Part shown: in pieces, positions 9,152-19,351 of the stretch
Layout of the letters: every line of letters starts with the position of its first letter
Position numbering within the stretch: position 1 is the stretch's first letter
Source of the DNA: Bdellovibrionales bacterium
GTDB taxonomy: Bacteria > Bdellovibrionota > Bdellovibrionia > Bdellovibrionales > UBA1609
Direction: 5' to 3'
DNA length: 64,000 nt
Assembly (NCBI GenBank): GCA_965205945.1
Contig: CBDBIB010000001.1
Span: 448,001-512,000, forward strand
Made by a program: the position numbers and the translations under genes
Notes under the pieces: model-generated
Databases searched by the model: none
The model's input: only the letters and a program-made list of their open reading frames with translations
What the model was told of the DNA's origin: nothing

Positions 9152-10766
9152 TAAATATAGTATATACGATCAGTAACAGAATTAAAACAACACCAATTTG
9201 CTGACCAATCATTTTTACCCTCATACTTACAGGATTTCCGGTAACAACTTCAATAAAATAGAAAAATAAATGCCCTCCATCTAGTACAGGAATAGGTAAA
9301 AGGTTTAAAAGAAAAAGATTTATAGAGATTATGGCCATTATTTTAATAAAATAAGTCCATCCAATATTTAAAGAGTCTTTTGCAATTTTACCAATGGAGA
9401 TTACACCACTTAAAGTTTTATGTGAAATCTCTCCTGTTAAAAGCTTCTTAAAACCTAAAAAAGTTGTTTTAACCCAATGTATAGATTCTGTTACTGCATA
9501 TTTAAAAAGATCTTTTATAGAAGTAAAACTTCTTATAACAGTGACTGGTGGAAGATATTCTAGTCCAGATAAAATGCCAATAGTTGGGCGATACTTAACT
9601 TGTCCAGTAGATGTAAGAAGTTGTGTTTGCACAGGGGTTACAGAAATATTTTTTTCTCCATCTGTATTAGCAATAAGCAGGGTAACACTTTCGCCTTTAG
9701 CAGTTGATTTAATTGCAGCTACAAGATCTTCCCATTTTACAAGCTTAACACCACTGATTTTAAGAACCTGATCTCCTGCTTTTAAACCTGCTTTTTCAGC
9801 AGGAGACCCTCTTTGAACCTGATCAACCATAAGTTCAGAATTTACAAAGCCTAAATTTGCAAAGTTCCACGCAAGTCCATTTGAAGGAATTTTTTTTTGT
9901 ATAACTTGTCCAGAAGCTTTTTTAATTGAGATTTTTAAATCTTGAGTTGTAGAAGTACCTAATATAGCTTTTTTAAGTTCATAAAAACTTTTAATTTTTA
10001 TAGAATTAATCCCTATAATTCTTTCAATTGAAGAAAATCCATTATCATTATTTAATAAATTTGATTTATAATCGATTCCAACTCGAGAAGATCTTCTTAA
10101 TAAGTTAAGACCTTGAATATGACCAACCTTCTTTAAATCAGAAATAGGACTCGTGTTGTCTTTAATAATTATAGGGGCAAGAATAGATTCTAGTTTACCG
10201 TTTAATCGTAAAACTTTAAGACGTGCATTAGACCCATCTTTAAGATATCCAAGCTCTTTAGTAAAATCTGTAAAATATTTTACAGGTGTTTCATTCACAG
10301 ATTGAATAATATCACCATACCTTAAACCTGCTTGATATGCAGGAGTTGCAGGATTAATATCTCCTAAAGAAACAGCAACTTCAGGTGAACCCAACATTCC
10401 AAGCATTAAAAATAAAACAAAAGCAAAAATTAAATTCATGATTGGTCCAGCTGAAACAATAGCTATTTTTTTAAATACATTTTGATGATTAAAACTTTTG
10501 CTTTGGTCATTTATGGGAATATTGTCTTTGTTACCATCGCCATACATTTTTATATAGCCACCAAGAGGGATTAAACTTAAGCAATATACAGTTTCTCCGT
10601 TTTTCCAAGAAAAAAGTTTTGGTCCAAAACCAATACTAAAAATTTCAACACGAACTCCACATATACGGGCTACAATAAAATGCCCCCATTCATGAATAAA
10701 AATAAGAGCGCCTAAAAGTAGAAAAAACGGCCCAATATAGGCTAGTTTAGATATTATAAAATCCAT
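9117..10766 (-). CDS. rseP: RIP metalloprotease RseP with multiple PDZ domains
   Basis: HEWGH; FSIGFGP; NLLPIPVLDGGH. Confidence 0.95.
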   Translation of the reverse strand: MDFIISKLAYIGPFFLLLGALIFIHEWGHFIVARICGVRVEIFSIGFGPKLFSWKNGETVYCLSLIPLGGYIKMYGDGNKDNIPINDQSKSFNHQNVFKKIAIVSAGPIMNLIFAFVLFLMLGMLGSPEVAVSLGDINPATPAYQAGLRYGDIIQSVNETPVKYFTDFTKELGYLKDGSNARLKVLRLNGKLESILAPIIIKDNTSPISDLKKVGHIQGLNLLRRSSRVGIDYKSNLLNNDNGFSSIERIIGINSIKIKSFYELKKAILGTSTTQDLKISIKKASGQVIQKKIPSNGLAWNFANLGFVNSELMVDQVQRGSPAEKAGLKAGDQVLKISGVKLVKWEDLVAAIKSTAKGESVTLLIANTDGEKNISVTPVQTQLLTSTGQVKYRPTIGILSGLEYLPPVTVIRSFTSIKDLFKYAVTESIHWVKTTFLGFKKLLTGEISHKTLSGVISIGKIAKDSLNIGWTYFIKIMAIISINLFLLNLLPIPVLDGGHLFFYFIEVVTGNPVSMRVKMIGQQIGVVLILLLIVYTIFNDFSQIIFSGW

Positions 10767-10767
10767 A

Positions 10768-11595
10768 CTAGAATTGTAGAAGAAGATAACTTAAAATACT
10801 AGCAAAAAGCAGCCCATCTAAACGATCAAAAAAGCCGCCATGCCCAGGAAGAAAATTTCCAGAGTCTTTTATTTTACTAGTACGTTTAATAACAGATTCA
10901 GTAAGATCTCCTGTTAATGCGGCAAGTAGTATTAGTGAACTCAATAAAATTTTTAATAACAAGGAGTCAAATCTTTGTAAAAAAGAAAACTCCCTAAATT
11001 CTTGATCTAAGACTAAAGTTATAGGAATGCATGTTAAACCTGCTAAAAGAGCACCTTCAATAGTTTTTGAGGGAGAAGATAGCGGATAAAGTTTTACTAA
11101 GAAAAGTTTACCACCAAACAATTTGCCCCAAAAATATGAAAATGTATCAAATAATGCAACTATAAAAAATAAAAAATACACAGATTCAAACCGTGGTGAC
11201 ATTACTAAATGTGTAAGAAGAAACGTTGGAGCAATTAAAGAGTAGAATAAAAATATATAAAGCTTACTGTGATTAGAATAAAAGGACTCCTCATGTGTTG
11301 AGATTTTTCGATGAGCCCACATCCAAACGATAATTTCAACTAAACAAAATAAAAGAAGGTTGTTTAAATTCGGGTATAAATAAAAACTAATAAAATGTAT
11401 TAAATGAAAAGGTAGTAAAAAGAGAAAATCTCTTTTTTTCTTAAATACGAGCGTGCCACATTCAGTAGCTATAATCATAAAAACAAAAATACAAAGCACA
11501 TAAAGCCCATCAGCTTTAAAAAACATATGTATTATAAACAAAATTAATCCACTAATTAGTGCAGATAAAGTTCTTTTTATTAATGAAAAATTCAT
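10768..11595 (-). CDS. cdsA: Phosphatidate cytidylyltransferase
   Basis: SPSKTIEG; KDSGNFLPGHGGFFDRLD; gene order. Confidence 0.93.
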   Translation of the reverse strand: MNFSLIKRTLSALISGLILFIIHMFFKADGLYVLCIFVFMIIATECGTLVFKKKRDFLFLLPFHLIHFISFYLYPNLNNLLLFCLVEIIVWMWAHRKISTHEESFYSNHSKLYIFLFYSLIAPTFLLTHLVMSPRFESVYFLFFIVALFDTFSYFWGKLFGGKLFLVKLYPLSSPSKTIEGALLAGLTCIPITLVLDQEFREFSFLQRFDSLLLKILLSSLILLAALTGDLTESVIKRTSKIKDSGNFLPGHGGFFDRLDGLLFASILSYLLLQF

Positions 11596-12312
11596 TTAAA
11601 GTTGAGCTCCTAATTTAGAAAATTCAACCGCTGTTCCAAAACGTCGATTTCTTTTCTGGTACTCTTGTAGTGCCAATTCTAAATCTTGTGGTCTAAAATC
11701 TGGCCAAAGTGTTTTTGTAAAATAAAGCTCCGCATAAGCAGATTGCCAAAGCATAAAATTAGAAAGCCTTTGCTCTCCACTAGTTCTGATAATGTAATCA
11801 GGTTCAGGTATGCCATCAGCAAATAAAATTTTACAAAGACTAACTTCAGTTATAGGCACAAAACTATTTTTAATGTGTACATTAATTGCTGAAATCAACT
11901 CTTGTCGACCTCCATAATTTAAAGCTAATACAAGATTTAAACCTGTGTTTGTAGAGGTTTTTTGAACAATGTTTAAAATATTTTTTTTAAGCTTTAAAGG
12001 AAGAGGGTTTAAATCACCAATAACTCTTAAACAAACATTATTAGAAATTAAATAGCCTTGTTTTTTTTTAATATGACGATCAAGAAGTTTGAATAAAAAA
12101 TTAACTTCTTCTTTTGAGCGAGACCAGTTTTCAGTACTAAAAGCATATAAGGTTAAAAATTTAATAGAGGTCTTATGAGCACAATATTCAACAATTTGTT
12201 GTGCAGTTTTAGATCCTTTAATATGCCCTAAAAACCTATGTTTATTTCTAGAAATGGCCCAACGCCCATTTCCATCCATTATAAACGCAACATGTTTTGG
12301 AGTTGTAGTCAT
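11596..12312 (-). CDS. uppS: Undecaprenyl diphosphate synthase
   Basis: IMDGNGRWA; FSTENW; RTSGEQRLSNFMLWQ. Confidence 0.96.
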   Translation of the reverse strand: MTTTPKHVAFIMDGNGRWAISRNKHRFLGHIKGSKTAQQIVEYCAHKTSIKFLTLYAFSTENWSRSKEEVNFLFKLLDRHIKKKQGYLISNNVCLRVIGDLNPLPLKLKKNILNIVQKTSTNTGLNLVLALNYGGRQELISAINVHIKNSFVPITEVSLCKILFADGIPEPDYIIRTSGEQRLSNFMLWQSAYAELYFTKTLWPDFRPQDLELALQEYQKRNRRFGTAVEFSKLGAQL

Positions 12313-12321
12313 TATTATAGT

Positions 12322-12879
12322 TTAAATTGTAAGAAGTTCTTTTTCTTTATCATTAGAAATTTCATCAACTTTTTTAATAAAGGTATTTGTTAAAGTTTGA
12401 ATTTCAGCTAAGTAAATTTTTTCTTCATCTTCTCCAATTTCTTTGCTTTTTTGTGAGGCTTTGATAAATTCATTTGCATCACGCCTAGCCATTCTTACGG
12501 ATATACGAGTATCTTCTACAATTTTTTTAATAGATTTAATCATATCTTTTCTACGTTCTTCAGTAAGGTCTGGAACTTTTAATCGAATTACTTTTCCATC
12601 GCTTTGAGGGGCCATGCCAAGATTTGATTTAATTAAAGCAGCTTCAATATCTTTAATAACAGAACTCTCCCATGGCGAAATCAAAAATGATTTAGCATCA
12701 GGACAACTAACAGAAGCTACTTGGTTTAAAGGGTTTAAAGACCCGTAGTAGCTAACCCTTACAGAATCAAGCATACTTACATTGGCTCTACCAGTACGGA
12801 TTTTTTTTAAATCTTGAATAAGAGAGTCCACAGCTTTTTTCATAAATACTGTTGTAGATTGTTTAAGTTCATCAAGCAT
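12322..12879 (-). CDS. frr: Ribosome recycling factor
   Basis: IRTGRA; PDLTEERRK; gene order. Confidence 0.97.
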   Translation of the reverse strand: MLDELKQSTTVFMKKAVDSLIQDLKKIRTGRANVSMLDSVRVSYYGSLNPLNQVASVSCPDAKSFLISPWESSVIKDIEAALIKSNLGMAPQSDGKVIRLKVPDLTEERRKDMIKSIKKIVEDTRISVRMARRDANEFIKASQKSKEIGEDEEKIYLAEIQTLTNTFIKKVDEISNDKEKELLTI

Positions 12880-12918
12880 AAATAAGCTCCTCCATTAGTT
12901 TTTAAAAATTTAATTTAT

Positions 12919-13641
12919 CTATTGAATGCGTGTGCCAACTTTATCTCCTAAAAGTACACGTTTAATATTTCCCCTAACGCCTAAATTAAAAGTTACAATT
13001 GGAAGCTTATTATCCATAGATAAGCTTACAGCTGTGGAGTCCATCACGCCAAGTTGCTTTTGAAGAACGTCACGATAGGTAATGTCATCAAACATTATAG
13101 CGTCATCATAAAGTTCAGGATCTTTATCATAAACACCATCTACTTTAGTGGCTTTTAATATAACCTCAGCATTAATCTCCATACCTCTAAGGCTTGCGGC
13201 TGTATCAGTTGTAAAATATGGATTTCCTGTGCCAGCTCCAAAAATCACAACACGTCCTTTTTCAAGGTGCCTAACAGCTTTACGTCTTATGTAAGGTTCT
13301 GCAATTTGTTCCATTTTAATAGCTGTTTGAACTCTAGTTTTAATAGAGATTTTTTCTAAAGAGTCTTGAAGCGCTAAGGCGTTAATGCAAGTTGCAAGCA
13401 TTCCCATATAATCAGAGGATGATCTATCCATTCCTTTAGCTGATGCTGCAACACCTCTAAAAATATTTCCCCCACCAATAACAATGCCAATTTCAACGCC
13501 TAAATCATAAGCTCCTTTTACATCTGCAGCAATATTAGCTATAGTTTCAGTATTAATCCCATAACCATCATCACCAGCAAGGGCCTCACCACTTAACTTT
13601 AACAATATACGCTTAAACTTAATTTTCTGATTAATGCCCAT
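12919..13641 (-). CDS. pyrH: UMP kinase
   Basis: [27 protein letters not shown]. Confidence 0.97.
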   Translation of the reverse strand: MGINQKIKFKRILLKLSGEALAGDDGYGINTETIANIAADVKGAYDLGVEIGIVIGGGNIFRGVAASAKGMDRSSSDYMGMLATCINALALQDSLEKISIKTRVQTAIKMEQIAEPYIRRKAVRHLEKGRVVIFGAGTGNPYFTTDTAASLRGMEINAEVILKATKVDGVYDKDPELYDDAIMFDDITYRDVLQKQLGVMDSTAVSLSMDNKLPIVTFNLGVRGNIKRVLLGDKVGTRIQ

Positions 13642-13656
13642 GAATCCTCTATTTTT

Positions 13657-14304
13657 CTAACCTGTCATTTGAGCAACTTCTTTAGCAAAGTTGTCAACTT
13701 TTTTCTCAATACCCTCACCTAATTCAAAGCGAACAAACCTACGAATAACAATGTTCTCACCAATCTTAACAATTATATTTCTAAGGTGTTCTTGTATAGT
13801 CATATCTGGATTTTTAACAAAAGGTTGGTCAAGAAGACAGATACTTGTAGCCCACTTCTTAATTTGACCTTCTAAAATCTTATCTAAAAACTCAGGCCTT
13901 TTGCCCTCTTCAATAGCTTTAGCTTTTAAAATAGCCTTTTCTTTATCTTTAGCTTCTTTAGTAATCTGAACAGTAGATATGAATTCAGGAGCCATTGCAG
14001 CAATGTGCATTGAGATGTCGCTTACAAAGGCTTGAAAGTCTTCATTTTTTGCAACAAAGTCAGTTTCACAATTTACCTCTAAAAGAACACCAATACGTCC
14101 TTTGCCATGAATGTAGGAGCTAATACAACCTTCAGCTGCAATTCTACCAGCTTTTTTTGCAGCTGTGCTTAAACCCTTTTGCCTTAACCAATCAATAGCT
14201 TTATCTTTTACTCCATCAGCTTTTACAAGAGCTTTTTTACAGTCAAGCATCCCTGCCCCAGTTAATTCTCTAATTTTCTTAATATCACTTGTGGTAAAAT
14301 TCAT
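13657..14304 (-). CDS. tsf: Elongation factor Ts (short type)
   Basis: TGAGMLDCKKAL; EVNCETDFVA. Confidence 0.97.
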   Translation of the reverse strand: MNFTTSDIKKIRELTGAGMLDCKKALVKADGVKDKAIDWLRQKGLSTAAKKAGRIAAEGCISSYIHGKGRIGVLLEVNCETDFVAKNEDFQAFVSDISMHIAAMAPEFISTVQITKEAKDKEKAILKAKAIEEGKRPEFLDKILEGQIKKWATSICLLDQPFVKNPDMTIQEHLRNIIVKIGENIVIRRFVRFELGEGIEKKVDNFAKEVAQMTG

Positions 14305-14316
14305 TTTTAACCTCTC

Positions 14317-15216
14317 TTATTCATCAGTTTCATCATCAAGTTTATCTTCTAATTTTTCTTCTACTTCTTGTTCAATTTCAACAATTTCAGCTGTTCCAGC
14401 TGCAACAAGTTTTCTTTTTGTAATTTTAATTACAGCAGGTCCTGTGGTGTTTGTTTTCTCTTCTTGCGGAGCCTCTGCAACTAAAGGGGTTTGCTCAGCT
14501 TTTTTTATTAACTCCTCTTTTAAACTTATTTCCCATTTCTTAGCACCTTCTTGATAAGCTTTGCTTACAAGATCACAAAAAAGTTTAATTGATCTAATAG
14601 CATCATCATTACCCGGAATTGGATAATCAATTGCTTCAGGATCACAATTTGTATCAGCAATACCTATCACTTTAATCCCAAGCCTTTGTGCTTCTTTAAC
14701 AGCAATATGTTCTTTAACGGCATCTACAACAAACATAATTGCAGGAGCTTCTTTCATATCACGAATACCCTCTAGGCATTCAGTAAGACGACTATACTGC
14801 TTATCAATTTGAGAGCGTTCTTTCTTTGAAAAAAGTTGAAATTCTCCACTCTTTCTCATTTTTTCAATTTTTCTCATTCTTTCAATTGAATTTTTAATTG
14901 TAGTAAAATTTGTAAGCATTCCTCCTAACCATCTTTTTGTAACAAAAAACTGGCCACATGCAGGAGCGGCTTCTTTAATGGCATCTACAGCCTGTTTTTT
15001 AGTTCCTACAAAAATTAAACGCCCACCTTTAGCCGCAGTGTCTTTAATGAAATTTAAAGCTATTTTAGCAAGCTCCATAGACTGTTGAAGATCCACTATA
15101 TGAATTCCCCCTCTTGCACAAAAAATATAGGGTTTCATTTTTGGGTTTCCACGCTGTGTTTGGTGCCCAAAATGTACACCAGCGTCTAATAATTCCTTTA
15201 CAGTAACCTGTATCAT
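14317..15216 (-). CDS. rpsB: 30S ribosomal protein S2
   Basis: AGVHFGH; RWLGGMLTN; PGNDDAIRSI; start at ATG 15216 with SD AGGAG. Confidence 0.97.
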   Translation of the reverse strand: MIQVTVKELLDAGVHFGHQTQRGNPKMKPYIFCARGGIHIVDLQQSMELAKIALNFIKDTAAKGGRLIFVGTKKQAVDAIKEAAPACGQFFVTKRWLGGMLTNFTTIKNSIERMRKIEKMRKSGEFQLFSKKERSQIDKQYSRLTECLEGIRDMKEAPAIMFVVDAVKEHIAVKEAQRLGIKVIGIADTNCDPEAIDYPIPGNDDAIRSIKLFCDLVSKAYQEGAKKWEISLKEELIKKAEQTPLVAEAPQEEKTNTTGPAVIKITKRKLVAAGTAEIVEIEQEVEEKLEDKLDDETDE

Positions 15217-15282
15217 AAATATTCTCCTAGTTTGTCCTCCCATCTACAAATTGCTCACTAGTTAGGCAGATGGTGCGTATGG
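15217..15282 (-). promoter_or_regulatory. Putative rpsB leader (S2 autoregulatory RNA structure)
   Basis: Minus strand CAUACGCA-CCAUCUGC...GUAGAUGG-GAGG-ACAAAC: 8-bp stem (15266-15273 with 15240-15247) followed by GGAGG, upstream of the real SD. Confidence 0.6.
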
Positions 15283-15572
15283 CCCAAGCAACATACATGG
15301 GCTTGATGCATTTGCTATCACACTAAATAGGACAAAGGCAAAAGAAAACAAACAAGACTTAGATTTATTTAATAAGACTTTAAAATAAAGGTTAAAAACA
15401 AGCTGCGCCAACCACAATAAGTCATTCCTAAAGAAAATACTCTCTGCCTCTTTGTTTAAAGAAAAGTTTAATTCCAATTTAAAGGGTTCTCTTAGAAAAT
15501 TAAAATTATAAATAGGCAACATTATTACAATATCAGTTTTGTTTTTAAAAAAAATAAGGTTAAATAGGTTGT

Positions 15573-16055
15573 ATGACTAAAGCTAAACTTTTAACCCTTT
15601 CATTAATAACAATTTCATTTACTCTACTCTTATTAAGTTTAGTTCTTATTTTAAACCCGAAAACTCGTCTTTCTTTAAACAACCTTATTCAAAACAAGAA
15701 TCGAAAAATCATTGCCACATTACAAACAAATCTATCCATACCTAATAAGAATTTTAAAATTCTTAAGATAAAGCACAATTCAGACTTATGGATTGAAATT
15801 TATGATCTTTCTTCATCTGAAAATCGGGTTGCCGAATTTCAGCTCTTAAAAAAAACTAACGCCCAAATGCTTGTAAAGAAAAAAGCTTCTAGTCTATTCG
15901 CTTCAGATTTAGATGGTGATAAAATTTTAGAAATTCTAGCACCTTCTTTTAATTCCAAGCTCCACCCTAAAATACACGCCTTTCGCTACAACCCTGTAAC
16001 AAACAGCTTTTCTAAAATTTCGGACCAAGATCTTTTACAAAATCTTAATCTCTAA
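15573..16055 (+). CDS. Hypothetical membrane-anchored protein with a DxDGD loop
   Basis: N-terminal TM helix; SDLDGDKILEILAP. Confidence 0.65.
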   Translation: MTKAKLLTLSLITISFTLLLLSLVLILNPKTRLSLNNLIQNKNRKIIATLQTNLSIPNKNFKILKIKHNSDLWIEIYDLSSSENRVAEFQLLKKTNAQMLVKKKASSLFASDLDGDKILEILAPSFNSKLHPKIHAFRYNPVTNSFSKISDQDLLQNLNL

Positions 16056-16106
16056 AGCTTTTAGCTTTGATCTTATAAAACTTGACTTATAAACAATATT
16101 CTTATT

Positions 16107-16793
16107 ATGTATCAGTTTATGATTCATTTTATAGCAATAATACTATTTAACCTAAGTTTATTATGTGCCTGTAACAATCAGCAAACACAGCGCCTTTCTA
16201 AACATAACTTTTATCAAGAAAAAAATGATATTGCAGCTTTTGCGCTTACACAAAATGAAACTAAAATTTTAAAACCCACTATTTTTTTAGATGAAGATCT
16301 TTTTTCCGTTCTTGAATTTAAAAGCACGATCACTTTAACCGACACTAAGGAAAATAAAATCACCTTATCTCTTATTGGAAAAAATGTTTCTAACTCTACT
16401 ATTAATGTATCTATTAAAGAGGTTGCCGGCCTAACTCCACAATCTAAAATAATTAAACCTGCGTCTTTTAGACTGCCTATTACAAATGAAAAAGGTTTTC
16501 TTCTTACTTTTGATGTGATTATTGAGTTTAATAGCTCTAAGGAAAGCTTTTTATCCGTATATACTAAACAAGTTCCCCCCATAGAAAATGACTCTGAACT
16601 TGACCCTAAAACACCTCCTCAAGTGTTTACTTCATTTTATTCATCTAGTGATGATGAAATAGCTCTTTATGAGTTTAAAAAACCTGAAAAAGGAGTCCCT
16701 TTAACTTATTTTTTACACCACCAAAATACAGCTCAAAGCTTAAATATTCTTAGAATTTCAACAAGGCTAACTCTAAAAAAAATACTACAATGA
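16107..16793 (+). CDS. Hypothetical lipoprotein
   Basis: Hydrophobic N-terminus ending LLCAC; 228-aa ORF. Confidence 0.55.
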   Translation: MYQFMIHFIAIILFNLSLLCACNNQQTQRLSKHNFYQEKNDIAAFALTQNETKILKPTIFLDEDLFSVLEFKSTITLTDTKENKITLSLIGKNVSNSTINVSIKEVAGLTPQSKIIKPASFRLPITNEKGFLLTFDVIIEFNSSKESFLSVYTKQVPPIENDSELDPKTPPQVFTSFYSSSDDEIALYEFKKPEKGVPLTYFLHHQNTAQSLNILRISTRLTLKKILQ

Positions 16794-17029
16794 CACTAAA
16801 TTAAACCTTTATAAAAGTTTTAGTTTAAAAATATATCAAATAATAATTTTTTAAGACAATTACAATAATTATTGCGCAAACAACTCAGGCTTGACCTTAC
16901 AAAGTGTTGATTTATGCAGAGCAAAACCCTTAAAAACATCTTCTCTTAAGAAATTTTAAGATAACACCTCTTTAAAGTTTAATCTTCATCTACAATGACA
17001 TTAAAGCTTCTTTGTTGTAGTTTTTTTCT

Positions 17030-19036
17030 ATGTCTTTTAAACGTCACAAAGAAATTATTAAAACCATTAAACACCATGATGAGTTATATTATAAAGATTC
17101 AGCCCCTGAAATCACAGATTATGAATATGATAAGCTCTTTACTGAACTTAAAAATATTGAAGACTTAAACCCTTCTTTAATAACAGATGATTCCCCCACT
17201 CAAAGAGTAAGTGATGCTCCAGTTGATTTTTTTTTAAAGAAAAAACATCAACTTCCCATGTTGTCTTTACAAAACACATACAATTTAAAAGACATTCAAG
17301 ATTTTGATTTACGCTGCAAAAAAGTTTTAGCTTCTAAAGATGAAATTGAATATTGTTGTGAGCCTAAATTTGACGGACTTGCTGTTGAATTAATTTATAA
17401 GAATGGCTCTTTAACCTCAGCCCTTACAAGAGGCGATGGAAAAATTGGTGAAGATGTTTTATCAAATGTTAAAACTATTAAATCCATCCCTTTAAAACTA
17501 AATACAAAAACTCCTCCTAAAATTTTTGAAGTCAGAGGTGAGGTAATGATTTTAAAAAATGATTTTAAAACTTTAAATATCCAACAAAAAGATAGTGGCC
17601 TGCCAGTTTTTGCAAACCCTAGAAACGCTGCTGCCGGCTCCATTAGACAACTTGATTCAAAAATAGCAGCAAATCGCCCATTAAAATTTTATGGACACTC
17701 TCCAGGCAAAGTATCTAAAAAAAATTTTAAAACACAATTTGAATTTCTTAAGCTCTTAAAAAATTATAAGCTCCCCACAGCTTTAGACTATAATGTATAT
17801 AAAATCTGTAAAACTCTAAGCAAGGTCACTCTCCATTATAAAAAAATGGAAAAAAACAAAAAAAATCTCCCTTTTAATATAGATGGAATGGTTATAAAGG
17901 TGAATAACCTAAGTCTTCAGGATGAACTTGGTTTTATTGCAAGAAGTCCTCGCTGGGCTACGGCTGCTAAATTTAAGCCTGATCAAAAACTTACAGTCAT
18001 CTTAGATATTGAGTATCAAATTGGTCGAACTGGTATAATCACTCCCGTAGCTATTCTTGATCCTATATCTGTAGGAGGTGTTACAATTTCTAATGCTACA
18101 CTTCATAATTTTTCAGAACTTAAAAGAAAAGATATTCGAATTGGAGACACTGTGCTCATTCATAGAGCTGGAGAGGTCATCCCTGAAATTATTCATGTTA
18201 AACTTTCTAAGCGCTTAAAAACCTTTAAAAAAATTATTCCCCCTATAAATTGCCCGAGTTGTTTTAAAAAATTACAGCATGAAAATAATAAGATTGCCCT
18301 GCGGTGCACAAATATAAAATGCCCAGGTTTAAATCTAAAACGACTTAAACATTTTGTTTCAAGGTCAGCCTTAAATATAGATACGCTTGGAGATCGGATT
18401 ATTGAAAGATTTTTTAAACTTAATATGATTTTAAACTTTTCAGACATTTATTCTTTAAATAAACACAGTGTCCTTAAGCTTCCTCGTTTTGGAGAAAAAT
18501 CTATAGCAAATCTTTTTTCTTCAATTGAAAAAAGTAAATCAGAATCTCTTGAAAAGTTTATTTTTGCCTTTGGAATTAAACATGTTGGTAAAAAAACCGC
18601 GGAAATTTTAGCTGCTCACTTTCAAAACCTTGAAAAATTCTTAACCGCTACACCCAAAGAGCTTAAAGCTCTTCATAATATTGGTGAAAAAGTCGCCCTA
18701 AGTGTGGCCTCTGAGCTTAGTGATCCAAATTTTGTTAAAGAAATTAAAACACTATTAAAACTTGGTATTAATCCTCTTTCTGAATTCTCCAATCTTAAAC
18801 AAAAAAAAACTCCCCTTAGTGGTAAAAAAATTGTTATTACTGGAACTTTTAAAATACCACGTCCAGAGATTATTAAATTTCTTAAATCTTATGGAATAAA
18901 CGTAAGCAGCTCTGTAAGTAAAAGCACAGATTATCTCTTAGTTGGAGCAGCGGCTGGCTCAAAAGTAAAAAAAGCTCAACAGCTTGGTATAAAAATACTT
19001 TCCTGGATTGATTTAAATAAATTAATTAATTTTTAG
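17030..19036 (+). CDS. ligA: NAD-dependent DNA ligase
   Basis: EPKFDG; EVRGEV; NPRNAAAGS; Cys4 zinc finger; BRCT. Confidence 0.97.
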   Translation: MSFKRHKEIIKTIKHHDELYYKDSAPEITDYEYDKLFTELKNIEDLNPSLITDDSPTQRVSDAPVDFFLKKKHQLPMLSLQNTYNLKDIQDFDLRCKKVLASKDEIEYCCEPKFDGLAVELIYKNGSLTSALTRGDGKIGEDVLSNVKTIKSIPLKLNTKTPPKIFEVRGEVMILKNDFKTLNIQQKDSGLPVFANPRNAAAGSIRQLDSKIAANRPLKFYGHSPGKVSKKNFKTQFEFLKLLKNYKLPTALDYNVYKICKTLSKVTLHYKKMEKNKKNLPFNIDGMVIKVNNLSLQDELGFIARSPRWATAAKFKPDQKLTVILDIEYQIGRTGIITPVAILDPISVGGVTISNATLHNFSELKRKDIRIGDTVLIHRAGEVIPEIIHVKLSKRLKTFKKIIPPINCPSCFKKLQHENNKIALRCTNIKCPGLNLKRLKHFVSRSALNIDTLGDRIIERFFKLNMILNFSDIYSLNKHSVLKLPRFGEKSIANLFSSIEKSKSESLEKFIFAFGIKHVGKKTAEILAAHFQNLEKFLTATPKELKALHNIGEKVALSVASELSDPNFVKEIKTLLKLGINPLSEFSNLKQKKTPLSGKKIVITGTFKIPRPEIIKFLKSYGINVSSSVSKSTDYLLVGAAAGSKVKKAQQLGIKILSWIDLNKLINF

Positions 19037-19043
19037 ACTAAAT

Positions 19044-19241
19044 TTAAATATGATCTACAACAATATCTCTAGCCATCACTGTTTTTCTTCCATCAACTTT
19101 AGCCGATTCAAGTCCACGCTGACATAGTCTTTCAACAGCCTTACTTAAAGCCTCCACTGTCTCACTTGAAGTGTTACAGCCACCTTGTTCTTTAATAAAT
19201 TTTTTAACTTTGCTGGTTACCACCAATATCTCTGCAGCCAT
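19044..19241 (-). CDS. Bacterial histone-fold protein (Bd0055/HBb-like)
   Basis: 65 aa; LVVTSKVKKFIKE...ESAKVDGRKTVMARDI carries the histone RKTV..RD motif; strong SD GAGGAGG. Confidence 0.92.
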   Translation of the reverse strand: MAAEILVVTSKVKKFIKEQGGCNTSSETVEALSKAVERLCQRGLESAKVDGRKTVMARDIVVDHI

Positions 19242-19351
19242 ATGGCCCTCCTCATTTACTTTATAAGAATAACTAGAAAGTGTTAAAGTGAAAATAAAAC
19301 CATTCGCGTCGCGTTATTTTATATTTTCTGACTCTTTATCAAGCTTTTTTA

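Noticed and set aside
15262..15522. 86-aa minus-strand ORF upstream of rpsB
   Set aside because: TTG start, no motif, and it overlaps the rpsB leader and divergent promoter region
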